Part shown: in pieces, positions 10,335 through 20,633 of the stretch | Layout: each line of letters begins with the position of its first letter | Position numbering within the stretch: the stretch's first letter is position 1 | Assembly (NCBI GenBank): GCA_963821525.1 | Contig: CAWGED010000005.1 | Location: forward strand, 800,001 to 864,000 | DNA length: 64,000 bases | Source of the DNA: an uncultured Gemmatimonadales bacterium | GTDB taxonomy: Bacteria; Gemmatimonadota; Gemmatimonadetes; Gemmatimonadales; GWC2-71-9 | Reading direction: 5' to 3' | Made by a program: the position numbers and the translations under genes | Notes under the pieces: model-generated | Told to the model about the DNA's origin: nothing | Seen by the model: the letters and a program-made list of their open reading frames with translations, nothing else | Database searches by the model: none

Positions 10335-11399
10335 GTGCGTCACATCACCACGATGGTCCTGTGCGCGGTTCTCGCGGCATGCGCTTCCAGCACCGATCCG
10401 GGGCATCGCACCGTCGGTGGAGGCGGTGGAGGCGGCGGAGGTGGCGCTCCTGGTGTACCCGACCTCGGAGTGAACGCGAACCTCAACGGCAAGCGGCCGT
10501 TCCCGGACGACAATCCGTGGAATACCCCGGTTGAACACGCTCCCGCTGGATCCCAATTCCGCCAAGATCATCGCCAGCATCGGGCTCACCGACAGCCTGC
10601 ATCCCGACTTCGGTACCGAGCCGACCTACGGCATTCCCTACGTCGTGGTCAGCGGGACGACTGCAACCAGCACCGTCACGTTCGACTACTCCGACGAGAG
10701 CGATCCCGGGCCGTACCCGATCCCATCCAATCCGCCGATCGAGGGCGGGGCCGGGAGCACGGGAGACCGCCACATCCTGATCATCGATCGGGACCACTGG
10801 AAACTGTACGAGCTCTATGCCGCGTACCCCGGCGGCTCCGGCTGGACCGCGGGCTCCGGCGCCATCTTCGACCTCAACTCCAATGCGCTCCGTCCCGCCG
10901 GCTGGACCTCGGCCGACGCCGCGGGTCTCCCGATTTTCCCGGGGCTGGTGCGCTACGAAGAGGTGGAGGATGGGGTGATCCGGCACGCGATACGCTTCAC
11001 CGTCCGGCGCTCACGTCACGCCTACGTGGCACCCGCCACACACTACGCCAGCTCGAGCACCAACGACTCGCTCCCGCCGATGGGAATGCGGGTGCGGCTC
11101 AAGGCGAGCTTCGACCTGTCGGGCTTCCCGCCCAGGCCCAGGTGATTCTGCAGGCGATGAAGACCTACGGGATGATGGTGGCCGACAACGGCTCCGACTG
11201 GTTCTTCCAGGGCGCGTCCGATCCCCGCTGGGACGACGACGACCTCGACAGCATCAAGGGTATCACCGGCAGCAACTTCGAAGTCGTGAAGATGGGGCGC
11301 GCTGACGACCAACTAGCCGACCAGGCATCGGGGCGAAATCGATCCGTGCAGATCCGCTATCACCCCAATTGGATTGTGACGCGAGGACGCGCCATATAG
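10335..11399 (+). CDS. Conserved hypothetical lipoprotein (two frameshifts; 3' end uncertain)
   Basis: Lipobox LAAC and Gly linker. Domain PFPDDNPWN...GDRHILI...WTSADAAGLPIFPGL...ILQAMKTYGMMVADNGSDW is spread over two frames. Confidence 0.7.
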   Translation: MRHITTMVLCAVLAACASSTDPGHRTVGGGGGGGGGGAPGVPDLGVNANLNGKRPFPDDNPWNTPVEHAPAGSQFRQDHRQHRAHRQPASRLRYRADLRHSLRRGQRDDCNQHRHVRLLRRERSRAVPDPIQSADRGRGREHGRPPHPDHRSGPLETVRALCRVPRRLRLDRGLRRHLRPQLQCAPSRRLDLGRRRGSPDFPGAGALRRGGGWGDPARDTLHRPALTSRLRGTRHTLRQLEHQRLAPADGNAGAAQGELRPVGLPAQAQVILQAMKTYGMMVADNGSDWFFQGASDPRWDDDDLDSIKGITGSNFEVVKMGRADDQLADQASGRNRSVQIRYHPNWIVTRGRAI

Positions 11400-11490
11400 C
11401 TTTCTCTACCTCCCCGTCACAGGCGAAAAATGTCCCCCACTCGCCACGACCGACGAGCCACCTCCCGCCGTGTCCCCATAGAGGCGTGAA

Positions 11491-12012
11491 ATGTCTCGCG
11501 ACTCGGTGCTGATCCGGCTCTTCACGATTGTCGGCTTTGTAGGGACGATCGCGGTGGGCTTTACTACATATGGATTTCCGATCGAGGGCGCCGCGACCGA
11601 TCCAGAACTCTACAAACTGATTGCGGAGGAATCACCTGGGAGCAGAGTCACGCCTATTACGGTGCCCGCCCCTCTAAGCGGGCTTGGGATCGCACCTTTG
11701 CCTGACACCGCACGGTCACGTCACAGCGAACCGAGAGACTCTTCAACCAGACTAAATCCGGTCAGCGCCTGGCGGACGGTTGCGGTGGATAGGGATTCAA
11801 TCGCGGTTCGTCAGTGGCTTGGGCGGTGGGTACTGGCCACCGGCCAAACGCGCGGCGACACCGTCCGTCTGACGCTTTGGCGCTTAACTCTTCGCCACGG
11901 GTGCCCTCTGGTCAGCAGGCTGGTCGCCACGAGCGTTGGCGCGGCGAGCTATGAATATCGCCGAGTGAGGGTCACCTCTACCTGCCCTGAGGTGACCTCA
12001 TCTGTCGAGTAG
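11491..12012 (+). CDS. Hypothetical protein with N-terminal TM segment
   Basis: ORF with GAGG RBS; no recognisable domain. Confidence 0.4.
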   Translation: MSRDSVLIRLFTIVGFVGTIAVGFTTYGFPIEGAATDPELYKLIAEESPGSRVTPITVPAPLSGLGIAPLPDTARSRHSEPRDSSTRLNPVSAWRTVAVDRDSIAVRQWLGRWVLATGQTRGDTVRLTLWRLTLRHGCPLVSRLVATSVGAASYEYRRVRVTSTCPEVTSSVE

Positions 12013-12024
12013 GCTCACCACCAA

Positions 12025-13242
12025 CTAGCCCACCAACGCCGGCGCCTGAGCCGCAACCCGGTTCAGCGCCGCCGCGAGATCCTCCAGCAGATCGTCGCAG
12101 GTCTCGATCCCGACCGAGAGCCGAAGCAGCCCCTCGGTGATTCCGGCGGCCGCCTGCTGCTCCGGCGTCATCGAGGCGTGAGTCATCGTCGCCGGATGGG
12201 CGACGAGCGATTCCACGCCGCCGAGTGATTCGGCGAGCGTGAAGCACCGCAGGCCATCGACGAAGGCCGCGACCGCGGACTCTCCACCCTCCAGCTCGAA
12301 GCTCACCATCGCCCCGAAGCCCGCCTGCTGACGGGCGGCCAGCTCGTGTCCCGGATGATCGGGCAGGCCGGGATAGTGCACCCGGGCTACCGCGGGATGC
12401 CCGGCCAGCAACTCGGCGACCGCGGCGGCGTTCTCCAGGTGGGTGCGAATCCGGGGATGCAGAGTCCGCAGGCCGCGCAGCGTGAGGTAGCTGTCGAACG
12501 GCGAACCGGTCACCCCGATCACATTGGCCCACCAGGCGAGTTGCTCGGCGAGGGCCTGTTCCCGGGCCACGACGGCGCCGCCCACCACGTCGCTGTGGCC
12601 GTTCAGGTACTTGGTGGTCGAGTGGACCACGATGTCGGCGCCGAGCGTGAGCGGGCGCTGCAGGGCAGGCGAGAGGAAGGTGTTGTCCACCACCAGCAGT
12701 GCGTTCGCGCGTGTGGCCAACTGCTTGGCGAGCCGCAGATCGGTGATGCGGAGCAGCGGATTGCTCGGCGTCTCGACCCAGAGCATGCGGGTGGGACGGC
12801 TCAGCGCCTCGGTCAGCGCATCCGCCGAACTCTCGTCGATGTATTCGACCTGGAAGTGCCCACGCTCGGCTAGCGAGTCGAGCAGACGACGGGTGCCGCC
12901 GTAACAGTCGTGCGGCGCCACCAGCCGGTCTTCCGGCCGGAGCAGTTGCACCACCAGCAGTACCGCCGAGAGCCCGGTGGAGGTCACCACCGCGCCCGCA
13001 CCCTCCTCCAACTCGGCCAAGGCCAGGCCGAGGACGTCGCGGGTGGGGTTCGCGGTGCGGGTGTAGTCGTAGGTTCGCTTGTCCTTGAACCCGGCGAACG
13101 CGTAGGTGGAGGAGAGGTAGATCGGCGGGATCACCGCTCCGTGCTGGCCGTCTGTGGCGATGCCGGTGCGCACCGCGCGGGTCTCGGCGCCGGATCCGGG
13201 GGCGACCCGGGGAATACAGGGGACTGCGGCAGTCTCGGTCAT
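12025..13242 (-). CDS. metB: Cystathionine gamma-synthase
   Basis: YDYTRTANPTR, ETPSNP, DNTF, PLP motif HSTTKYLNGHSD and AESLGGVESL. GGAG RBS and an upstream SAM riboswitch. Confidence 0.9.
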   Translation of the reverse strand: MTETAAVPCIPRVAPGSGAETRAVRTGIATDGQHGAVIPPIYLSSTYAFAGFKDKRTYDYTRTANPTRDVLGLALAELEEGAGAVVTSTGLSAVLLVVQLLRPEDRLVAPHDCYGGTRRLLDSLAERGHFQVEYIDESSADALTEALSRPTRMLWVETPSNPLLRITDLRLAKQLATRANALLVVDNTFLSPALQRPLTLGADIVVHSTTKYLNGHSDVVGGAVVAREQALAEQLAWWANVIGVTGSPFDSYLTLRGLRTLHPRIRTHLENAAAVAELLAGHPAVARVHYPGLPDHPGHELAARQQAGFGAMVSFELEGGESAVAAFVDGLRCFTLAESLGGVESLVAHPATMTHASMTPEQQAAAGITEGLLRLSVGIETCDDLLEDLAAALNRVAAQAPALVG

Positions 13243-13261
13243 GGCAGGACTCCAGGGCCCC

Positions 13262-13296
13262 AAAACAAAAGACCCGGCGGAAAAAGGGCCGCCAGG
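13262..13296 (-). terminator. Intrinsic terminator in the metB leader
   Basis: CCUGGCGG/CCGCCGGG stem followed by UCUUUUGUUUU. Confidence 0.8.
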
Positions 13297-13304
13297 CGCT
13301 CGCG

Positions 13305-13354
13305 TTTTAGCATTTGTTTAACGTGGCTGCAATAGGCGGCAAATGACCACGACT
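13305..13354 (-). ncRNA. SAM-II (SAM_alpha) riboswitch aptamer
   Basis: UCGUGGUCAUUUG...UUGCAGCCACGUUAAACAAAUGCUAAAA matches the SAM-II pseudoknot pattern (CGUGG/CCACG P1, UUGC, GCUAAA) and lies upstream of metB. Confidence 0.88.
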
Positions 13355-13372
13355 TCGATTGTGAGACCTAGT

Positions 13373-14071
13373 CTAGGGTTGGGGCTCCGGTTCGTCAAGT
13401 GACGAGGTAGAAGGACTGGCCAGTCGTGCGGCAATGCTTTCCATCTGTTGGCCCCGTAATCGGGCCCAGCTCGACACTCGGAACGCCCCGTTGGCGAAAA
13501 TACCGATTCCGGCGATGGCCAGTAACGCGATCCCTGATACCGCAGCATGAAGATGGCCGCCGAGCGAGCTGGAAATAGCGACGGCTCCTGCAACTCCAAC
13601 AATGGCCAGCCCACTGGCCATCGCGGTGCGGGCGTCTCCCTTCACGGTTCCGAGCCGGAGGCGGTGTCCGTTCGCAGTCGGTTCCAGGAGAGCCTGGAGG
13701 TTCCCATTGGTCCACTGACGGAGGGACCCGTAGGACTTGACCGTGCCTCTGGCTCGGAAGGTCTCGCGTAGCTGAACCACCAGCTGGTCCCATTCCGCGT
13801 CGGTAAGCCACCGATTGAGCGTTACCGTCCGTTCGACTCCGATCGGGAGCCCAAGAAAGGACCGGGTAACGGCCTGGCGCCGCAGCTCCAGCGATTGAGC
13901 CGCCTGGGCCACCGCCTCCGGGGGGATGCCCACCTCGCGGCCGATGTCCTGGAGATCGGCGAGCGTCAGACCTTCATTGCGGGGAGCGTGAGGCGGAGCT
14001 GCTTGCGGGTTTTCGGCGGCGGTCAGGAAAATCGCCGCCGTCTCCTCGTCATCGTATCTGCGATCGCTCAT
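13373..14071 (-). CDS. Hypothetical membrane protein (two C-terminal TM helices)
   Basis: RRYDDEETAAIF...GLTLADLQDIGREVGI N-terminal motif and hydrophobic C-terminus. Confidence 0.7.
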   Translation of the reverse strand: MSDRRYDDEETAAIFLTAAENPQAAPPHAPRNEGLTLADLQDIGREVGIPPEAVAQAAQSLELRRQAVTRSFLGLPIGVERTVTLNRWLTDAEWDQLVVQLRETFRARGTVKSYGSLRQWTNGNLQALLEPTANGHRLRLGTVKGDARTAMASGLAIVGVAGAVAISSSLGGHLHAAVSGIALLAIAGIGIFANGAFRVSSWARLRGQQMESIAARLASPSTSSLDEPEPQP

Positions 14072-14289
14072 GATGGATCTAAGATCGCAGCGAGGGCGGT
14101 TCCGGCCAATCCCCTGCGCTGGGCGTCAACTGCAGCCCGACGGTCAGAACACCCTCGTCTTCGTCCCTGATGGGGCTCGGGGTTGCCGTTCTCTTGATTC
14201 CAGTGTAGTTCACATCCTGAGGCCGAGTGCTTGTTGTAGCATCCCCTAGTGCTGCTCCTGCAATTCGCTCGACATCTACGTCGGTCCGG

Positions 14290-14400
14290 CGCACACGTTC
14301 CTGCTCGCCCGGGCGCAAACCGTACGTCAAGAAATTCCCCGCCACGTTCAAGGACTTCCCGCCCAGCCGGAAGGTCGGCGGCCTAGGGATGGACAACTAT
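14290..14400 (+). pseudogene. Possible remnant of an arylsulfatase C-terminus
   Basis: Translates to [24 protein letters not shown], resembling the 'FLATFKEFPPRQKPGSF' tail of arylsulfatases. No intact upstream gene. Confidence 0.4.
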
Positions 14401-14434
14401 GACCGTCGTTGCGTGGACCAATTCGGGAGACCCA

Positions 14435-16823
14435 ATGAAGCAGATCCTCGCACTCGCCCTCGCCGCAATGGTCATATCAGTCGCATCGTGTTCGACGGAC
14501 CATAAGGGCGGGGGCTCGACAGCGAGCCTCGGTGCAACGGACGGGCTCGACCGCACGGTCCTGCCGATCCAGGAGCCGAAGGTCACGCCGATCACCGAAC
14601 TCGACGCGCGCAACGCCAAGGCGCCGCCGCGCTTCGAGGTGAAAGCGCCGCAGGGCGCGCCCAACGTGGTGATCGTCCTGATCGACGACATCGGCTTCGG
14701 GCACAGCAGCGCCTTCGGCGGGCCGATCCACATGCCGACGCTGGAGAAGCTGGCGGCGAGCGGATCTGAAGTACAACCGCTTCCACACCACCGCGCTGTG
14801 CAGCCCCACTCGCATCGCCCTGCTCACCGGCCGCAACCACCATGTGAACAATGCCGGCGCGATCATGGAACTGGCCACGGCGTTCCCCGGCAACACCGGC
14901 ATGCGCCCCGGGAGCGTGACGCCCGCTAGCCGAGATCCTGCGCCTGAACGGCTACAGCACCGCGGCCTTCGGCAAGTACCACGAGACCCCGCCCTGGGAA
15001 GTCTCCGTGTCCGGTCCCTACGATCGTTGGCCCACCCGCTCCGGCTTCGACAAGTTCTACGGCTTCATCGGCGGCGAGACCAACCAGTGGGCGCCGGGCC
15101 ATCTTCGACGGCACGGTGCGCATCGAGACGCCGCACACGCCGGGCTACCATTTCACGGTCGACATGACTGATCAGGCGATCAACTGGGTGAGCGCGCAGC
15201 AGGCCCTCACGCCCGACAAGCCCTTCTACATGTACTTCGCGACCGGCGCCACGCATGCGCCGCACCACGTGCCCAAGGAGTGGATCGACAAGTACAAAGG
15301 CCAGTTCGCCGGCGGCTGGGACAAGCTGCGCGAGGAGACGTTCGCGCGCCAGAAGAAACTGGGCGTGATCCCTGCGGACACCAAGCTGACGCCGCGACCC
15401 AAGGAGATCCCCGCCTGGGACGACATGAGCGCCGACCAGAAGCGGCTCTTCGAACGCCAGATGGAGACCTTCGCCGGGTTTGCCGAGCAAACCGACTATG
15501 AAGTGGGCCGACTGGTGGACGCAACTGGAATCGATCGGCGAGCTGGACAACACGATCTTCTTTTACATCGTGGGCGACAACGGCTCCAGCGCCGAGGGCG
15601 GACCGGAAGGCACCTACAACGAGATGATGGCGCTCAACGGCATCGTCGGCAAGGCCGACCAGATGATGGGCCACATCGATGAGTGGGGCGGCCCCACAAC
15701 CTTCCCGCACTTCGCCATCGGCTGGGCCTGGGCCGGCGACACGCCGTTCCAGTGGACCAAGCAGGTGGCCAGCCACTTCGGCGGCACGCGCAACGGCATG
15801 GTGCTGCACTGGCCGAAGGGCATCAAGGCCAAGGGCGAAGTCCGCTCGCAGTTCCACCACGTGATCGACGTCGCGCCGACGGTGCTCGAGGCGGCCAAGA
15901 TACCCGAACCCAAGACGGTCAATGGCGTCGAGCAGCGGCCGATGGACGGCGTGTCAATGCTCTACTCGTTTGACGATGCCAAGGCCAAGGACCGCCACAC
16001 CACGCAGTATTTCGAGATGTTCGGCAACCGCGGCATTTATAAGGATGGCTGGGTCGCGTGCACGCGACATTCGATCCCCTGGTTGATGGTGCCATTGCCG
16101 CCGCTGACCGAGGATGTCTGGGAACTGTACAACGTGGACAAGGATTTCAGCGAGGCGGACAACCTGGCCGCGCAGCAGCCCGAGAAATTGAAGGAGTTGC
16201 AGGCGGCCTTCATTCAGGAGGCGATCAAGAACAACGTGCTGCCGATCGACGATCGCCGCGTCGAGCGCTTCGACCCGGCCATCGCCGGCAGGCCCGACCT
16301 GATGGACGGGCGCACGTCACTGACGGTGTATGATGGCATGACCGGCATGACGGAGAACGCCTTCATCAACGTGAAGGGCGTACACCACACCATCACCGCC
16401 GAGATCGAGGTGAAGGATGCCAAGGCCAGCGGCGTGATCATCGCCCAGGCCGGCTACTTCGGCGGCTGGACCCTGTACATGAAGGGCGGCAGGGTGCACC
16501 ACGAGTACAACTGGTTCGCCATCGAGCGCACCAACATCGCCGCGCCATCGGCCCTCGCCCCGGGCAAGCACACCATCGTGTACGAGTTCATCCCCGACGA
16601 AGCCAAGCCGGGAACCGGCGGCAAGTCCATCATCACCATCGACGGAAAGAAGGCCATCGAAGGCCACATCCCCAAGACCCAGCCGTTCGTGTTCTCAGCT
16701 GATGAGGGCGCGGACGTGGGCGAGGACGCCGAGACCAACGTCTCGCCCGACTACAAGCAGGGCGACAACAAGTTCACCGGCAAGATCATCAAGGTGACGA
16801 TCAACACCAGGGCTCCAAATTAA
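14435..16823 (+). CDS. Arylsulfatase lipoprotein (about 4 apparent frameshifts)
   Basis: Lipobox [19 protein letters not shown] FGly motif, GKYH, ATHAPHH and GDNG; C-terminal LamG-like extension. Confidence 0.85.
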
Positions 16824-16871
16824 GTGGTGAAGATGAGAAGAAATTAGAAGAAGCGGGAGAAGTGGCAGCCG

Positions 16872-18023
16872 TCACGGAGGAGTGACGCAGCGGAATCCGA
16901 GGTGGTTGGCGCCGGTGGTGACCTCCCCCTTGCCACGGGTGCCGACCATGTAACGGGAACAATACTGATCCGTGCAGAGGAATGATCCGCCGCGATGGAC
17001 CCGCATCTGCTCGCCGGGGTGGTCGGGATCGAACGAGTCGGCTGGGCCGTGCGGGTTCCGGGCGACGGTTCCGGCCGCGGCAAGCTCGGCATAGTAGTCC
17101 GGGCGATACCAGTCGCTCACCCACTCCCAGACGTTCCCGGCCATGTCGTAGAGCCGGTAGCCGTTCGGGGGAAATTGCGCCACGGGCGCAACGCCGGGGA
17201 AGTGGTCTGCTCCGGTGTCGTGATCGGGGAAATGGCCCTGATAGGTGTTGGCCGGCCACTGGCCTCCCTCCGCAAAGTCATCGCCCCAGGGATAGACCTT
17301 GCCCGTAAGGCCTCCACGCGCGGCGAACTCCCATTCAGCTTCGGTGGGGAGGCGCTTTCCGGCCCATTTCGAATAGGCTAATGCGTCCTCGTACGCGACC
17401 TGTACTACCGGAAACCGCTCCTTCCCGACAATTGAGCTCTCCGGACCGAGCGGGTGGCGCCAATTCGCTCCCTTGGCGTATGCCCACCACTGGAAATTGT
17501 CATCCAGCGGGACCGGGTGACTCGGAGGCGAGAAGACCGCCGAACCCGCCACCAGATTCTCCGGCGGCGCCGTGGGGAAATCCTCGGCCCGTGGGGTCCG
17601 CTCGGCCAGGGTGACGTAGCCCGTCGCTTTCACGAAGACGGCGAATTGTTCGTTGGTCACTTCGGTGGTATCCATCCAGAAGCCGTCCACGTAGACGCGG
17701 TGCACCGGGCGGGAATCTTCCGTGGCCTGCATTCCGATCGTGTCGCCCATGTGCGGCGGTGCCTGCGCCCCCATGGAAAATTCGCCGCCAGGAATCCACA
17801 CCATCCCCTCCGGCGCAGGGCCGGCCGGCCGGTTCTTGTTTTCAACTGTGGGAAGAAACTGCTGTGCCGTGATCGGCTGCTCGCCCGCCGGCTTCGAGCG
17901 CAGCGCAGTGGCGGCGATGACCATCACAGCGGCGATGGCCACCCCGGCGACCAACACCCACCACTTCCTGAAGCGACTCGGTGGTGAGGCGATCTCGACC
18001 GGCGTGGGACGTTGCTTGGTCAT
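16872..18023 (-). CDS. Formylglycine-generating enzyme (SUMF1/FGE family) with N-terminal TM helix
   Basis: TEVTNEQF, RLPTEAEWEFAARGG, DMAGNVWEW and RGGSFLCTDQYCSRY (two catalytic Cys). Confidence 0.9.
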   Translation of the reverse strand: MTKQRPTPVEIASPPSRFRKWWVLVAGVAIAAVMVIAATALRSKPAGEQPITAQQFLPTVENKNRPAGPAPEGMVWIPGGEFSMGAQAPPHMGDTIGMQATEDSRPVHRVYVDGFWMDTTEVTNEQFAVFVKATGYVTLAERTPRAEDFPTAPPENLVAGSAVFSPPSHPVPLDDNFQWWAYAKGANWRHPLGPESSIVGKERFPVVQVAYEDALAYSKWAGKRLPTEAEWEFAARGGLTGKVYPWGDDFAEGGQWPANTYQGHFPDHDTGADHFPGVAPVAQFPPNGYRLYDMAGNVWEWVSDWYRPDYYAELAAAGTVARNPHGPADSFDPDHPGEQMRVHRGGSFLCTDQYCSRYMVGTRGKGEVTTGANHLGFRCVTPP

Positions 18024-18030
18024 TTCGTGG

Positions 18031-18852
18031 CTATGAACTCTCGCGGAACGCCCGCAGGCGCTGGTTGAAGCCGGCTGCGTCGTCCCAAAAGGCTGCGTGG
18101 CCGGCATTCGCCATCATATGAACCTGGGCGTGCTTCATGCCCGCCTTGTGCTGGTCCACGATCTCTGGTTTGACGATCGCATCCTTGGCGCCATGGGTGA
18201 TCAAGACCGGTTTCCGGAGTTTCGGCATCAGGTCGTCGTTGTTGAAGGATCGGGAAAACATGGCCTGACGGACGTAGGGCGGGACCGACAGGTTAAAGCC
18301 CATCATGAGGTAGAGGTCCGGAGCCGAGGGTTCCTCGATGACGCAAAGCCTCACCAACGAGCTCAGGGCTCGGAAGCTTTCTTCGACATCCGTTGCAAAC
18401 ATCCCCGGCACGAGGCTCAGAAATTCGGGTGAGAGGACGGCCATCGCGTCGTCGGTGCCAAGCTTGGTGATCGCCCCTACGAAGTGGATGCCGCCGATGC
18501 GCTCTTCGCCGTAATGGCGCAGGTAGTCGAGGATGACGAGTGGCCCGTAGGACCAGCCACAGAGGATTGGGTGGTCGAGATTTAATCCCTCGATGGCCGC
18601 GTTGACGTCATCGGCCCAGGGCTTCGAGTCGATGTAGCCCTCGCGCGGCTTGTCGGAGAGGCCATGGCCCCGAAGATCCATGGCGACCAGTCGGTAATCT
18701 TTGGCGAGGTCGGAATTGAGCTGCTTACTCCAGGTGAGCCAGCATTGCGAGGTGCCGTGCAGGAACAGAATCGGGCGACCCTTGGGGTTACCCGTCTCGG
18801 CGACGTGGAGTTTGATGCCTCCGCCGCCGGTGATGTAGTGGCTGGTTGTCAT
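18031..18852 (-). CDS. Alpha/beta hydrolase (non-heme haloperoxidase-like)
   Basis: LFLHG, DLRGHG, GWSYG, HGAKD and GH motifs. Confidence 0.85.
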   Translation of the reverse strand: MTTSHYITGGGGIKLHVAETGNPKGRPILFLHGTSQCWLTWSKQLNSDLAKDYRLVAMDLRGHGLSDKPREGYIDSKPWADDVNAAIEGLNLDHPILCGWSYGPLVILDYLRHYGEERIGGIHFVGAITKLGTDDAMAVLSPEFLSLVPGMFATDVEESFRALSSLVRLCVIEEPSAPDLYLMMGFNLSVPPYVRQAMFSRSFNNDDLMPKLRKPVLITHGAKDAIVKPEIVDQHKAGMKHAQVHMMANAGHAAFWDDAAGFNQRLRAFRESS

Positions 18853-19025
18853 GCGGTACCTCGAAGCGGCCTGGCGATGGGTATGGAACGGGGGACGGCG
18901 TCCAGCGGTCCCGAGTCCGGAGAATAGAACGACTGTGGGGGCTCGCGAGGCACCCAAGACCACGGGCCCAGCCTCCGGGGGGATGAGTGCTAGACCTTTG
19001 AGTGAGTCGGCTCGCCGCGCACCCC

Positions 19026-20621
19026 TCATTGCATCAGAGCGGCGATCCGCTCGGCCAACGCCGCGATAGTCCGGGAGGGATTGAGACCCACCGCTTCGGG
19101 GATGATGGCCCCGTCCGCCACGTAGAGCCCGGGGTAGTTGAACACCTCCCCGGCATGATTCACCACACCGGATGCGGCGGTCTCTCCCATGTTGCAGCCC
19201 CCCAAGGGGTGGGGAGTAACCAGGTTCTTGAACAGGGTCCAGGTCGGCGGCAGCCAGACCTTTTCGCCATTGGTGGCGGCGGTCAGCTTCTTGTGCATCG
19301 CGATGATCGCCTCGATGATCGCTTCGCTCCGTTTCACATCCCAGTTGAGCTTGAGCACCCGGCGCCAGGGGGCGCACAACCGCCGGCCGAGATAGAGCTT
19401 GCCATCGGCGGCATCGATCCCCTGGGCAAACCAGGGCATCATGTGTTCCAGGACATCGTGCTCCAGCGCCGCCTCGCGCAGCGACTTGAAGAAGGTGCGC
19501 GCCATCCGGCTGCCGCCCCATTTCGGAAGATGGGAATCGAGGTAAGCCTTGAGCAGATCGGGCACGCCGCCATCCTCGATGAAAAACTGTTCCCCCTCCT
19601 TGTTATCCAGGAAGTCGATCACCGAGGTGATGGTGGGACCGTGACTGGGGGAGACAGCCGGCTCCCGGTGGGGATAGAAGGCGGGGGTGAGGAAGTCTCC
19701 ATTGGAGCTCCACCCGAGCCCCAGGTAAGGACTCAACCTGGGCAGGGTGCGGTACTGATCGCGACAGCGCAATAACAACTCGGTGGAGCCGAGGGAGCCG
19801 GCGGCGAGGATTACCCGGTCGGCGGTGGCGCTCCCCGGGGTGCAGCTGTGGGCGTGGTCAGGTTCGATCTCATCGAAGCGGACCCGGTAGCCCCGGTCGA
19901 ACGGCTCGATCAACCGCACCAGGTGCAGCGGCTTGACGGTGACACCCTTGCTACGGGCCCGGGCGAGGTAGTTGAGATCGAGGGTGTTCTTCGCCTTGAC
20001 CGGACAGCCGACGTCGCAATACCCCCGATGGACGCAGGTGCCCTGCTGCTGCCCCTGGGGGTTGGTCCAGGTGACGGAGTGCTTCTCGTCGAACCGATCC
20101 GCCAGTTGATAGTTCCAGCTGTCGCTGAAGGTCACCGCCAGCGGCAGCTTGGAGAAGCGCTGGCTGGCGCCGATCTTCTCCGCCCCTTCCCGCATGATCT
20201 TGAACCGTTCAGTGAGCTGGTTGTCAGGCAGGACCTGCACCCCGAGCATCTCTCCCACTGCGTCCAGATAGGAATCGAGCGCGGCATAGGTGATTTCCCG
20301 AGGCCAGCCTCTGGCGAAGTGCTCTGCCTTGGGCTTGACCGAGACGTTGGCATAGATCAGCGAGCCGCCCCCGACGCCGGCTCCTTGGGCAACGATCAGG
20401 TCGTCAAAGAACCGCAGGTCGACCCAGCCACTGGCCACCTCCGGCGCCTCCGGGTCATAGAGCCAGCGGTTCGACTTGCGCCAGGGGTAGTCCTCCACCT
20501 GCCATTCCCGGCCCCGCTCCAGTACCAGGATCCGGCGCAACCCCCGCTCGGCGAGGCGGCAGGCGGTGACCGACCCGCCGAACCCGCTGCCGATGATGAT
20601 GACGTCGTAGTCGTTAGCCAT
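19026..20621 (-). CDS. GMC oxidoreductase, cholesterol-oxidase-like
   Basis: GSGFGGS FAD motif, GVGGGSLIYAN, CxxxGxCxxGC...KNTLD, HPLGGC and NPSRTI. Confidence 0.88.
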   Translation of the reverse strand: MANDYDVIIIGSGFGGSVTACRLAERGLRRILVLERGREWQVEDYPWRKSNRWLYDPEAPEVASGWVDLRFFDDLIVAQGAGVGGGSLIYANVSVKPKAEHFARGWPREITYAALDSYLDAVGEMLGVQVLPDNQLTERFKIMREGAEKIGASQRFSKLPLAVTFSDSWNYQLADRFDEKHSVTWTNPQGQQQGTCVHRGYCDVGCPVKAKNTLDLNYLARARSKGVTVKPLHLVRLIEPFDRGYRVRFDEIEPDHAHSCTPGSATADRVILAAGSLGSTELLLRCRDQYRTLPRLSPYLGLGWSSNGDFLTPAFYPHREPAVSPSHGPTITSVIDFLDNKEGEQFFIEDGGVPDLLKAYLDSHLPKWGGSRMARTFFKSLREAALEHDVLEHMMPWFAQGIDAADGKLYLGRRLCAPWRRVLKLNWDVKRSEAIIEAIIAMHKKLTAATNGEKVWLPPTWTLFKNLVTPHPLGGCNMGETAASGVVNHAGEVFNYPGLYVADGAIIPEAVGLNPSRTIAALAERIAALMQ

Positions 20622-20633
20622 TGAGGCAGTTCC

